The notes under the pieces are model-generated. The model worked only from the letters and a program-made list of their open reading frames with translations. It searched no databases and was not told the origin of the DNA. DNA of 64,000 nucleotides from Pseudomonadota bacterium (lineage in GTDB: Bacteria; Pseudomonadota; Alphaproteobacteria; Caulobacterales; Parvularculaceae): contig JBCCUQ010000008.1 in NCBI GenBank assembly GCA_039196665.1, forward strand, positions 1,996 to 65,995, in the 5' to 3' direction. Shown in pieces: positions 49,993 to 59,504 of this stretch. How positions within the stretch are numbered: position 1 is the first letter of the stretch; each line of letters starts with the position of its first letter. The position numbers and the translations under genes are program-made.

Positions 49993-51465
49993 ATGTTTGC
50001 TTTCCGACCGGTAGTTCTGGTGACGGGTGCGCTTGTCACAGCCCTCGGCCTCACCATGCTGATACCGATGATTGCCGATCTCCTGTCGGCTGACGAGGTG
50101 CATCGCGCCGATTGGGGCGCGTTCGCCATCGGCGCCATTATCAGCGTACTCGCCGGCGGCGGCGCCGCAGCCGCAAGCTGGGGACCGATTGACCAGATCA
50201 CGACGCGGCAGGGGTTTTTACTCACAGCGGCAAGCTGGTTTGCGCTCGTCGTCTTCGCCGCCATCCCTCTCACCCTCGGCGGTCTCCAACTTTCCTATGT
50301 GGACGCATTTTTCGAGGCGATGTCGGGCCTCACCACCACTGGTTCAACGGTCGTGACCGGCCTTGATGACGCGCCCCCGGGGGCGCTCTTGTGGCGTTCC
50401 ATGCTGCAATGGTTTGGCGGCGTCGGGATCATCATCATGGCCTTCGCGGTCCTGCCGGCATTGCGCGTCGGCGGCATGCAGATTTTCAAGAGCGAAGCCT
50501 GGGACACGTCTGAAAAATTCATCGCCAACGCCGCGCAATATTCGCTGTCGCTCTCAATGATCTATGCGTTTTTCACTATATTGTGCTTTCTACTGTTGTG
50601 GGCGTTCGGCATGCCTGCATGGGACGCGGTCAATCACGCCATGACGACCGTCGCGACGGGCGGGTTTTCAACAAAAGACGCATCCATCGGCGCATTTCTG
50701 ACGGTCGGTCGCGCGCCGCTCGATATGGTCGTGACCGTCTTTATGATCATTGGCAGCCTTCCCTTTGGCATTTTTCTCGCAGCGCTTTTGCGCGGCGCAT
50801 GGCGGCGCTTGTTTACGGACAGTCAGATACAATTCTTTCTCGTGATCGTTGCATTCCTGACCATCGCCATGATGTTGCATGTTCAAACGGTGTTGGAGGT
50901 GGATCCGTTTACAGCGTTTCGACTCTCAGCATTCAACATTGTCTCCATCATTACCGGCACTGGATACGCGACAACCGATTATTATGCTTGGGGACCGTTT
51001 GCGCATGGCGTCTTCTTTTGCATTATGTTCATCGGCGGCTGCGCGGGATCGACTTCATGCGGCATGAAAGTCTTTCGATTCCAGGTTGCGCTCGCAGCGC
51101 TGATTGTCTACGCGCGACGTTTGGCGCATCCGAATGGCGTCTTTGTGGCGCACTATAATCACCGTCCGCTGACGGACGATGTATTCGTATCGGTGCTAAG
51201 CTTTTTCTTTGTGTATTTTGCATCTTTTGCGACCCTGGCGGTCCTGTTATCCGGGCTGGGGCTCGACACGTTAACCGCACTGTCGGCGGCTGGCACCGCA
51301 ATCGCTAATGTCGGCCCAGGTCTTGGCGAAGTGGTTGGTCCCGCGGGCAATTTTGCGCCTTTGCCTGACGCAGCTAAACTTCTTCTCGCCGCAGGCATGC
51401 TGCTTGGCCGGCTGGAGCTATTCACTATTCTTGTGCTGTTCTCGCCTACATTCTGGCGGGACTAA
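49993..51465 (+). CDS. trkH: TrkH family potassium uptake protein
   Basis: FEAMSGLTTTGST, TGGFS, TGTGY, NVGPG pore-loop motifs; GRLE. Confidence 0.95.
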   Translation: MFAFRPVVLVTGALVTALGLTMLIPMIADLLSADEVHRADWGAFAIGAIISVLAGGGAAAASWGPIDQITTRQGFLLTAASWFALVVFAAIPLTLGGLQLSYVDAFFEAMSGLTTTGSTVVTGLDDAPPGALLWRSMLQWFGGVGIIIMAFAVLPALRVGGMQIFKSEAWDTSEKFIANAAQYSLSLSMIYAFFTILCFLLLWAFGMPAWDAVNHAMTTVATGGFSTKDASIGAFLTVGRAPLDMVVTVFMIIGSLPFGIFLAALLRGAWRRLFTDSQIQFFLVIVAFLTIAMMLHVQTVLEVDPFTAFRLSAFNIVSIITGTGYATTDYYAWGPFAHGVFFCIMFIGGCAGSTSCGMKVFRFQVALAALIVYARRLAHPNGVFVAHYNHRPLTDDVFVSVLSFFFVYFASFATLAVLLSGLGLDTLTALSAAGTAIANVGPGLGEVVGPAGNFAPLPDAAKLLLAAGMLLGRLELFTILVLFSPTFWRD

Positions 51466-52343
51466 AGAGCTGACGCGCTGAACGTGTCGCAAACATCGAC
51501 ATCACCTGAGCGATATCCGTTGATGAACCAGCGCTGACGTTGGGCAGAAGTCCCATGAGTAAAACTCTCCGGCGTCACCCGACGTCCCGCATTACGCTGC
51601 AATGTGTCATCGCCAATCGCCTCAGCAGCACGCAAACCTTCCTCAATGTCGCCCTCATCGAGAAGCCCGCTGGTGCGGTCCGCATGATGCGCCCACACGC
51701 CGGAATAACAGTCGGCCTGCAACTCCATGCGCACCTGCAACGCATTCGCTTCACCATCGCCGCGCGCGCGTTGCTGTGCTGTTCGCACCTGGTTCGAAAT
51801 CCCGGTCACTGTCTGAATATGATGGCCGACCTCATGCGCGATCACATAGGCTGCAGCGAAGTCACCGGGGGCGCCAAAGCGCTGAGCCAGTTCCTCAAAG
51901 AAACTGGCGTCGAGATAAAGTTTCCGATCCGCAGGACAATAAAACGGACCCGATGCGGCCGACGCATATCCGCATGCTGACGATACGCTGCCGCTGAACA
52001 TTACCAGCGTGGGTTCAGGGTAATCGGATCCCGCAGCCTGAAATTCTCGCGACCAGACGTCTTCGGTTTCAGCCAAAACCACCCGGACAAATTGCGACGT
52101 CTCGTCATCAATCGGCGCCGCCGCCTGCTGCTGCGCCGGCTGACCCTGTAACAGGGCGATGGGATTTGCCCCCGCCAGGTAAAGTCCAACGCCAACCACG
52201 CCAAGCATGAATAGCCCGCGGATGCCGAACCGCCCAATGATGAAGCGCACCAGCATTATGAGGATGCCGCCGCCGGCGGCGGCGGCCGCTCCACGGCGAT
52301 CCTCAACGTTCCGGCTTTCCCGCCGCCCTCGCCATTTCACCAT
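51462..52343 (-). CDS. neutral zinc metallopeptidase (YpfJ-like)
   Basis: GPFYCPAD, HEVGHHIQ, ELQADC, HGTSAQR. Confidence 0.92.
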   Translation of the reverse strand: MVKWRGRRESRNVEDRRGAAAAAGGGILIMLVRFIIGRFGIRGLFMLGVVGVGLYLAGANPIALLQGQPAQQQAAAPIDDETSQFVRVVLAETEDVWSREFQAAGSDYPEPTLVMFSGSVSSACGYASAASGPFYCPADRKLYLDASFFEELAQRFGAPGDFAAAYVIAHEVGHHIQTVTGISNQVRTAQQRARGDGEANALQVRMELQADCYSGVWAHHADRTSGLLDEGDIEEGLRAAEAIGDDTLQRNAGRRVTPESFTHGTSAQRQRWFINGYRSGDVDVCDTFSASAL

Positions 52344-52524
52344 GTCACTGTCCCCTTATCTTGCACAGTTAACCAAGCGGCGTAGCTAAACCGAAAACAA
52401 TCCATAATGTCGAGGGTTCCAGCGCCGCCGCGGCTTCCCGCACGCCCGCCGGGCCGGTTTGCGGCGCGCCTTGACTTGGGGCCGCTCAGCGGGGATTCTA
52501 GCTCGGGGATTGATGGGGAGCTCC

Positions 52525-53853
52525 ATGTCGGGTTCAGGCCACTATACGAGGCTAGCCGCCGCGCTGTTTACCGCAGCGTTGCTCGCCTTTGTCATTATGA
52601 AGCCAAACGCCGGCAAGGACGCAGTCGCGCGCGTCGCCAGCATTGCCGGCTCTGTGGAAAAAACACCGCTTTCCGCGCGGGCCTGCGCCATCGGCGACCC
52701 GGCGCTCTCCGGTCCGTTTGCGCCGGTCGAGGATGTGCTCAGCATTTCACCGCTTGGCGGCGTCACTGCGCCAGGCGAAGTGCTGCCTGCGCCCTATCTG
52801 CGAATTAATATGAAAAAAGGCGACAGCGCTTTTGAGCGTCGGACCACAACCGCATTGGCGCCGGCGCGCGCGGACATCGTAGCGCTCGAGCGCAAGATCG
52901 AACGTGACCCGTATGGACGCGCCACATCGCAGTCATGGACGGTGCATTTCCGGTCCTGTGAAAATATTTCATTTTACTATGACGACATTGACTGGATAAG
53001 CGACGCCATCCTTGAGCGCGCTGGCGGTCTGAACGCGTTCACGGAACTCGGCGGGCCGGACCACATTGCGCTGGAAACAAAAATTCGCGTTCCCGAAAGC
53101 GAGGTCATTGGCGAGACCAATGGTTTTAACGTGGGCTTGCATGACCTGGCCGCTGCGCCAAAAGCACTGGAGCGCCCTGATCGTTACCGCACAAACCCTT
53201 ATGCGCGCGCCGCAGCGCTCGACGCGCCACCATCGCTGATCGAAGCAATTACACCGAATACCGCGCAAGCCCGTTGCGCTCTCGATTATCTGCCGAAAGA
53301 TCTGCAGGCGGAATGGTCCGCAAAACTCGGGGACAGCTGGGGCATCCGCAAGGCGAAAGGCGAAGACGCCTGCCGCACCGCTCTACCAGACGAACCGGGC
53401 GCGGCGGAAGGCGTCTGGCACACCGACTCTGCGCATAATGGCGCAACGACAAAAATCAGCGCGATTGCCCTAGCGAGCGATTCCATCGATCCGGACCGGT
53501 TGATTTTTGCCCTCCATGGTCGCCTTCCGTCGTTAAGCCCGGCGTTGGTCGCCATGGCGCCGAACATGGATGAGGAACGCGCCGAAGCGGCAAAGGATTT
53601 TCTATCCGTCCCGAAAGGCGACGGTCGGATCAACACTCCGTTCAGCACCGTAAAGGACGGTGAGGTCTATTGTTATGAACGGCTTCGGACGAACTTCGTC
53701 GGGCCACAGATTAATGGTGTCATTCTAGTGCAGCGCAATGGTGGAGATGGCCCCGGCGCCTTGAAGATTGAAGCGCGAGGCGATGCGCTTGCTTGCATTG
53801 ACCTGGCGGAACCGTGGGCCTTTACCGGAAATGAAACGGTGTTTTACCGGTAA
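52525..53853 (+). CDS. membrane-anchored hypothetical protein
   Basis: Long ORF, GGGGAG before ATG 52525, one N-terminal TM; no confidently recognised domain. Confidence 0.7.
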   Translation: MSGSGHYTRLAAALFTAALLAFVIMKPNAGKDAVARVASIAGSVEKTPLSARACAIGDPALSGPFAPVEDVLSISPLGGVTAPGEVLPAPYLRINMKKGDSAFERRTTTALAPARADIVALERKIERDPYGRATSQSWTVHFRSCENISFYYDDIDWISDAILERAGGLNAFTELGGPDHIALETKIRVPESEVIGETNGFNVGLHDLAAAPKALERPDRYRTNPYARAAALDAPPSLIEAITPNTAQARCALDYLPKDLQAEWSAKLGDSWGIRKAKGEDACRTALPDEPGAAEGVWHTDSAHNGATTKISAIALASDSIDPDRLIFALHGRLPSLSPALVAMAPNMDEERAEAAKDFLSVPKGDGRINTPFSTVKDGEVYCYERLRTNFVGPQINGVILVQRNGGDGPGALKIEARGDALACIDLAEPWAFTGNETVFYR

Positions 53854-53918
53854 CAAAGCCGCTCTGCCTGATCGCACTCGGCGACATCGCCCTTAGAATC
53901 AAGATTATAGCAGCAGCC

Positions 53919-55550
53919 CTATTCGTCGAGAAACGAGCGAACCGCCTCGTAGAATCGCGGCCAGGCAGGATCACCCTCCGGCATCAGGTGATTATTCGTC
54001 TCAAGCGCTACAAATCGCGCATCCGGGATACAGGCGGCAAGCTCGCGCCCGAAATCGAACGGTACGCGCAAATCGCCGCGAGCATGCGCGACCAGCGTTG
54101 GCGCCTTTATTAGGCTCAAGCGATCATAGACGTTTACAAGCCCCAACGCCTCCAACAGCTGCGCAGCGTTTTCAGGCGAGGTCGTCATGCGTTGTAGTTC
54201 ATTGAACCACTGATGATTTTCAGGCGGCGCGTCCGGCATAAAAAGGGACGCGAACAATTGCCGGAATGCGGGGTCGTCTTTTCCCCAGCCGCTTTTGATC
54301 AGGGTGATCATCGCTTCGGTGTCGGCGATTACCTTCTCCCCGCGCCCGACGCGCCACCCGCGCGCGTAACCGCCGAAGAGTACGAGTTTGGAGACCTTCT
54401 CCGGGTAACGCGCGGCATATTCTACAGCAACAGCGCAACCTTGCGAAATGCCGAGAAGCGGGAACTGGTCGATGCCGGTTGCCTCCACAACTGCTTCCAG
54501 ATCGGTGACCAAAGAATCGAAGGAAAAGTCTTTTACGCGCCAGTCCGAAAGGCCGTTGCCTCGCTCATCATAACGGATGAGCGTGCGATCCGCAGAGAAA
54601 GCACGAAAGAAATGGCGCCAGACCGGACTTTCCCAGTCGAACTCAAGATGGTTGAGCCAATTTGCTGTCTTCACTAGTGGTGGGCCCGAACCGACAGTCG
54701 CATACGCTATTTGAACGCCGTCAGCCGTCTTGCAGAAACGAATATCTTGGCGGCCGAGCGGCGCCTCGGATGCACCCCCGTCAGTACGGTTTATGATTGC
54801 CGCTTGGCCACTCGATACCCTCGTAGCGGAGGGCTTCGCCATTAATGCGGCGTCCAGCAGACCAAGATCGATACCGTCGACACCGTTAAGCGCTTCTTTG
54901 CTCAACCTGACCTGCCGGCTGGCTTCCTTGTTGCGCCCAACCTGCGCCAATGCAGTGATGAGGGCGCCGTGAAGGTCGATATCGTATGGCTCAATCTCAA
55001 TAAGTTCATAAAGACGGTCAGCCCTTGCAGAGTGATCTTCCCCGAGCCGCGCTACAATTGCGCGCAACAGCGCGGCGCGCATGGCCCTCGCTTTCTCACG
55101 ATGCACCAGGAGAAAAGTTTCAAACTCCGGCTGATTCGGTAAATCCAGACCGGCCATCAACTCGCCGGAATATCGATCCGCAAGCTTGATCAGATCAGCT
55201 GTATCGAGATCATCTAGTCGGTCCACGGTCGACTGAAAGTCCAGATAGTCGACATGCACGCCGGATGTATCAAATGCAGCCCGCTCCCGATCAGCTTTGA
55301 TGCGGGCGGCGCTTTCGTCATTGACAATGCCGCGCAGCTTGCTGAGCGACCAGCGCAGGGAGCCACGCGGATCGTCCGGCACTTGCCAGAAAATTTCGCA
55401 AAGGCGCTCGCGTCTTTCCGGCGCACCCTTAAGCGCGAGATAGGCAAGAAGCGCCCGGGTCTTCTTAGATTGTGGCAGGGCAAGACGTTCGCCGTTTCTT
55501 ATTACGACGATGTCGCCAAAAAGCCGGAGTTCAAGATCGCCGGCGCTCAT
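53919..55550 (-). CDS. SARP-like (wHTH-BTAD) transcriptional regulator fused to a C-terminal alpha/beta hydrolase domain
   Basis: KTRALLAYLA...LRWSLSKLR N-domain; WLNHLEFDW, GISQG, NH hydrolase motifs; RBS GAGGAG. Confidence 0.88.
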   Translation of the reverse strand: MSAGDLELRLFGDIVVIRNGERLALPQSKKTRALLAYLALKGAPERRERLCEIFWQVPDDPRGSLRWSLSKLRGIVNDESAARIKADRERAAFDTSGVHVDYLDFQSTVDRLDDLDTADLIKLADRYSGELMAGLDLPNQPEFETFLLVHREKARAMRAALLRAIVARLGEDHSARADRLYELIEIEPYDIDLHGALITALAQVGRNKEASRQVRLSKEALNGVDGIDLGLLDAALMAKPSATRVSSGQAAIINRTDGGASEAPLGRQDIRFCKTADGVQIAYATVGSGPPLVKTANWLNHLEFDWESPVWRHFFRAFSADRTLIRYDERGNGLSDWRVKDFSFDSLVTDLEAVVEATGIDQFPLLGISQGCAVAVEYAARYPEKVSKLVLFGGYARGWRVGRGEKVIADTEAMITLIKSGWGKDDPAFRQLFASLFMPDAPPENHQWFNELQRMTTSPENAAQLLEALGLVNVYDRLSLIKAPTLVAHARGDLRVPFDFGRELAACIPDARFVALETNNHLMPEGDPAWPRFYEAVRSFLDE

Positions 55551-55700
55551 TGCCGCCACTCTCCTCAAGAAAACAGGAACTTACCACGCTTGATCGTCAA
55601 ATTCGACGGGCGTTTCAACGCCAGCCCCAACGCGGCTGTGCAAATCTGGGAAGCGTCGCAGCCATGCGACGGCATTAACAGAAAACCACAGGAGAGCAAG

Positions 55701-55790
55701 ATGCCTAACTCAGTCGAATCAATGCTGGGCGCTGTTGTCACCGCCATTGTCGTCATTGGCGTATTCGTTGCGCTGGCGCCGCTCGTTTAG
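55701..55790 (+). CDS. 29-aa single-TM small protein
   Basis: AGGAGAG RBS 5 nt before ATG; MPNSVESMLGAVVTAIVVIGVFVALAPLV. Confidence 0.6.
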   Translation: MPNSVESMLGAVVTAIVVIGVFVALAPLV

Positions 55791-55980
55791 CGTGTCTTAC
55801 GCATTCCGCAGCATCCTGTCTGCTTTCAAAAGCCGCCTTTCATACTTCGGAAGACGGCTTTTTTCACTGAAGAACAACAATTTCAACGGCGGCTCGCATT
55901 TTTTAAACGCTCGCTACAACGCTCAACAAAACGCCCTCCTGCAATCGTTTCTCTGAAGACAACTCATTGTGGAGACGATC

Positions 55981-56895
55981 ATGACTGCTCATTTCAACTA
56001 CAAAGACGCCCTCGCCCGATCCGAACAGATAACCTGGCGGGTTGAGGATCTCATCGGCGGTGACAAATCTCTCGACTTTTCGAAGCCCTTCCTGCCGGAA
56101 TCGCTAGCGCGCGTAGCAAGCCTTTCCTTTCTATCGGAGGATGAGAAGCGCGTCGTCAACCAAATTCGCGGCCACGGCTATCTCTACACATTCGGCCTGG
56201 TCGAGGAATTCATCCTGCCGTTCGTTATGGAGCACGTAGAAAAGCAGCTCGCCGACGGCGATGACTATCGCGTCCGTGCGCTTCTTCAGTTCGCGACTGA
56301 AGAAGCCAAGCACATTCATCTTTTCAAGCGGTTTCGCGAAGAGTTCATTGACGGTTTCGGAACTGATTGCGCTGTCATCGGACCACCCCAGGCGATCGCC
56401 GCGGAAGTGATGAAACATGACCCGCTCGCGGTTGCCTTCGCTATCCTCGGCATCGAATGGATGACACAGATTCACTATACAGAAAGTATACGCGACGATG
56501 CCAGCCTCGACCCACAGTTCAAGAGTCTGCTGAAACATCACTGGATGGAAGAGATGCAGCATGCGCAGCTCGACACGTTGATGATCGAAGCGCTCGCTGA
56601 GAGCCGGGATGCTGGTGAATGTCTTTCGGCCGCTGAAGAATACATACAAATCGGCGCCTTTCTGGATGGCGGACTCGCGCAACAAGCCGAATTTGACGCC
56701 GATGCTTTTGAAAACACGACTAGCCGTGTGCTGACGGACTCAGAACGTAAAGAATATGTTCGCGAACAACATCAGGCGCTGCGCTGGACGTTTCTTGGCT
56801 CCGGCCTCACGCATCCGCAAGTTGAAGCGACCCTGAAACGCATCACGCCCGAAGGCGCGGCGAAAATTGCTGACATCGCCCCGGCGTTCTGCTGA
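55981..56895 (+). CDS. ferritin-like diiron protein, AurF-like ligand set
   Basis: E...EAKH...E...H-x3-E-x2-H pattern (VEEF, EEAKH, IEW, HWMEEMQH); RBS GGAG before ATG 55981. Confidence 0.8.
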   Translation: MTAHFNYKDALARSEQITWRVEDLIGGDKSLDFSKPFLPESLARVASLSFLSEDEKRVVNQIRGHGYLYTFGLVEEFILPFVMEHVEKQLADGDDYRVRALLQFATEEAKHIHLFKRFREEFIDGFGTDCAVIGPPQAIAAEVMKHDPLAVAFAILGIEWMTQIHYTESIRDDASLDPQFKSLLKHHWMEEMQHAQLDTLMIEALAESRDAGECLSAAEEYIQIGAFLDGGLAQQAEFDADAFENTTSRVLTDSERKEYVREQHQALRWTFLGSGLTHPQVEATLKRITPEGAAKIADIAPAFC

Positions 56896-56940
56896 TCACC
56901 AGAAACTGAATCACACGCAATAAACTTAAAGGAGAGAACT

Positions 56941-57633
56941 ATGTTGGTAAGACCAAGAGCAAAAGTAGCAAGGGTGCTGGCCCAGATCGGCGCAATCATC
57001 GCGACGACTGTGACCAGTTTGTTCGCAGCGGCGAGCACAGTGCATGCAGACGTAGATCGCGAAATCGCGGCGCGCTATGTGCGCGGCGGCGCGACACAAG
57101 TCACGATCAGCGACATTAACGCGCTGGTCGGCGACACCGATGCGCAGATCAGCGGCGCATCGTCGCTGACCTGGACCAAAGACGGCGTCGGCTTTGACTA
57201 CAACACCGCCGATCTCGAACCGGACGCGCCTTACACCATGTGGTGGGTGACGTTTAACCGCCCGCGCAAATGCCTTTCGGCGTGCGAGTGCGGACTTGTA
57301 GACCTCGCCGATCCGGCGGTTGACGCAGGCGTTTTCTTCGCTGGCGGACGCATGACCGACCAGCATGGCCAGGCCGACTTCGCCGGCGAAATCGATTACG
57401 GCGCGTTACCGACCGGTAACGACCAAATTCCGTTTCCCGGAATCGAAGCCGCAATCAAGCGTCGTTCGGAGATTCATCTCGTCGTGCGCGAACACGGCGA
57501 AGCCCTTGCTGATCCTGCGGATCTGAAAGCTCAGCTGACGCAATTCAACGGCGGCTGCGGACCAAACAGCTGCAACGACGTGCAGGTATCCATTCATCGC
57601 AGCCAATTCTGCCGCAAAAAATCACGTCACTAA
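56941..57633 (+). CDS. exported Cys-rich hypothetical protein
   Basis: RBS AAAGGAGAG; signal peptide ending VHA; six Cys (CLSACEC, GCGPNSC, FC). Confidence 0.75.
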   Translation: MLVRPRAKVARVLAQIGAIIATTVTSLFAAASTVHADVDREIAARYVRGGATQVTISDINALVGDTDAQISGASSLTWTKDGVGFDYNTADLEPDAPYTMWWVTFNRPRKCLSACECGLVDLADPAVDAGVFFAGGRMTDQHGQADFAGEIDYGALPTGNDQIPFPGIEAAIKRRSEIHLVVREHGEALADPADLKAQLTQFNGGCGPNSCNDVQVSIHRSQFCRKKSRH

Positions 57634-57665
57634 CGACCCCATACAAAAATCAACGGAGAGAAAAC

Positions 57666-58229
57666 ATGTTGGATAAAACACAACCACAAGCAATCAATGG
57701 AATGAATGTCGATGACGTCAACGCGCTGATTGAAAGCGTCAAGGCTGACGCAGCAAATGGCGAAACGAAATGGCGCGTGACCAGCGCATGGCAGGGGCGC
57801 ACACATAATCGCGCCACGGTGTCTTCATTTCATATCGGGGGGGAAGAGGTGAAGCGCCAATTCACGATCGATATGGACGAGCCGCCACAGCTCGGCGGCG
57901 CCGATCAATTCGCCAACCCGCAGGAGCACCTGCTCGCGGCGCTGAACTCCTGCATGATGGTCGGTTATGTGGCGCTGTGCTCGCTTGCCGGCATCCGTAT
58001 TGAAAGTCTTGAGATTGAAACCAACGGCGCCATCGACCTGCGTGGCTTTCTAGATCTCGATGACACAGTCGCAGAGGGGTACGAAAATCTCGATTACGTT
58101 GTGCGCATCAAGGGCGACGCCACGCCGGAGCAGTTTGAAGAGATTCATCAGGCGGTGATGAAAACCTCGCCGAATTTCTACAATCTATCCCGTGCTGTCG
58201 CACTGAACGCAACACTGCAAGTCGAATAG
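57666..58229 (+). CDS. OsmC family protein
   Basis: DEPPQLGGADQFANPQEHLLAALNSC; RBS GGAGAG. Confidence 0.9.
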   Translation: MLDKTQPQAINGMNVDDVNALIESVKADAANGETKWRVTSAWQGRTHNRATVSSFHIGGEEVKRQFTIDMDEPPQLGGADQFANPQEHLLAALNSCMMVGYVALCSLAGIRIESLEIETNGAIDLRGFLDLDDTVAEGYENLDYVVRIKGDATPEQFEEIHQAVMKTSPNFYNLSRAVALNATLQVE

Positions 58230-58246
58230 GCTGTACAGGTTTACGA

Positions 58247-58275
58247 AAAAGGGCCGTCGGTCAGGCGGCCCTTTT
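58247..58275. terminator. bidirectional intrinsic terminator
   Basis: AAAAGGGCCG...CGGCCCTTTT. Confidence 0.8.
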
Positions 58276-58349
58276 AGACGGTTTGTCTTTGCTGTGTCGG
58301 ACTTCGCATCCAGCTTTCGCCCCGACGGGGCTGGATGACTCAAAGAAAA

Positions 58350-58904
58350 TCAGTCCACTCGGCGCAAGTCCACTTCAAAGTTTTTAGCCCAATATCCATC
58401 AGGGTCCGTCGGCAAATGATGGAATTCCGAGACTCGCCATTTGCGGCCATCTTCGGAAAGTCGCCACTCGATTCGCTCGTCCGCAACTACGCCTTCCGGG
58501 GTCGTATAGTCCATGAAAGCGACATAAGTGTTCGCTTCCTCACCACGACGGATATGATAGGTCACATGTCCCGCCCAGTTGTCGTAGATATACAGCGCCT
58601 GGTAGGCGGTCTCTTCAGGGTCATAATTGAAGTGACTACGCAGCGAGCGAGTGCGTCCGTCCGAACGGGTCATCGTGCTGTCGCACTGGATGTAATTGTT
58701 CGCCAGAATATACTGACAAATACGGCCAGCCACTTCATGGGATGGTTCTCTATCGTTATCGCGCGGAAAGAAAAACGTGGTTTGGCCCTCCCAGGTCCCA
58801 ATCAGAAAGTCGAGATCCGCGATAGAAGGCCCGTTTTCCTCGACTTGTGCAAAGGCAGATGGAACCGCCAGCATGCATGCCGTTGATACTGCAAGAATTC
58901 TCAT
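58350..58904 (-). CDS. exported DUF1579-like beta-barrel protein (paralog B)
   Basis: Signal peptide; DLDFLIGTWEG; paralog of the adjacent gene. Confidence 0.7.
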   Translation of the reverse strand: MRILAVSTACMLAVPSAFAQVEENGPSIADLDFLIGTWEGQTTFFFPRDNDREPSHEVAGRICQYILANNYIQCDSTMTRSDGRTRSLRSHFNYDPEETAYQALYIYDNWAGHVTYHIRRGEEANTYVAFMDYTTPEGVVADERIEWRLSEDGRKWRVSEFHHLPTDPDGYWAKNFEVDLRRVD

Positions 58905-58929
58905 AGGTTTTCCTTATACAGCCTGACTG

Positions 58930-59478
58930 TCATTGTTTTATCCATGTCATTTCAAATGTCTGGGGCCAGTAATCAGATGGCTCGCCTTCAATATGAGTGT
59001 ACTCTTTGGCCCAGTGCTCGCGGCCATCTGCGCTGAAACCAAACTCCACGCGAACCCGCACCGGCAATCCGTCACGTGTTTCATCATTATGAAAACCAAT
59101 GAACATAGTTTTGTCTTCGTTCCATTGGAACGGATAGGTAATTTTCGCAGGCCATCCCCGGAAGATAAAAAGATTTTCGAAGGCTCCTGTTTCCAGGTTG
59201 TAGTTCACATAGGAATTATGCGCGCGCTTGCGCCCATCGGAACGCACCCATTGCGTAGCGCATTCTATGTAATAGCCGTCAAGAATTGGCCGGCACGTTC
59301 CATCGACCGTTTCCGTGAGCTGTTCCGCCTTCGCATCCCTCGGATGATAGTGACTCGCTTCGCCGCGCCACTTGCCAATGAGTGGCTCCAGGTCGGACAT
59401 TGATGCTGCAGGCGGCGTTTGCGCATAAACCGAGCCGGCCAAAACAACGGCGGACGCCATAAAACAGATTCTTTTCAT
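58930..59478 (-). CDS. exported DUF1579-like beta-barrel protein (paralog A)
   Basis: Signal peptide; DLEPLIGKWRG; shares RSDGR and two Cys with the adjacent gene. Confidence 0.7.
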   Translation of the reverse strand: MKRICFMASAVVLAGSVYAQTPPAASMSDLEPLIGKWRGEASHYHPRDAKAEQLTETVDGTCRPILDGYYIECATQWVRSDGRKRAHNSYVNYNLETGAFENLFIFRGWPAKITYPFQWNEDKTMFIGFHNDETRDGLPVRVRVEFGFSADGREHWAKEYTHIEGEPSDYWPQTFEMTWIKQ

Positions 59479-59504
59479 GCGGTCTTCCTAGTCTTGAGGG
59501 CTAA

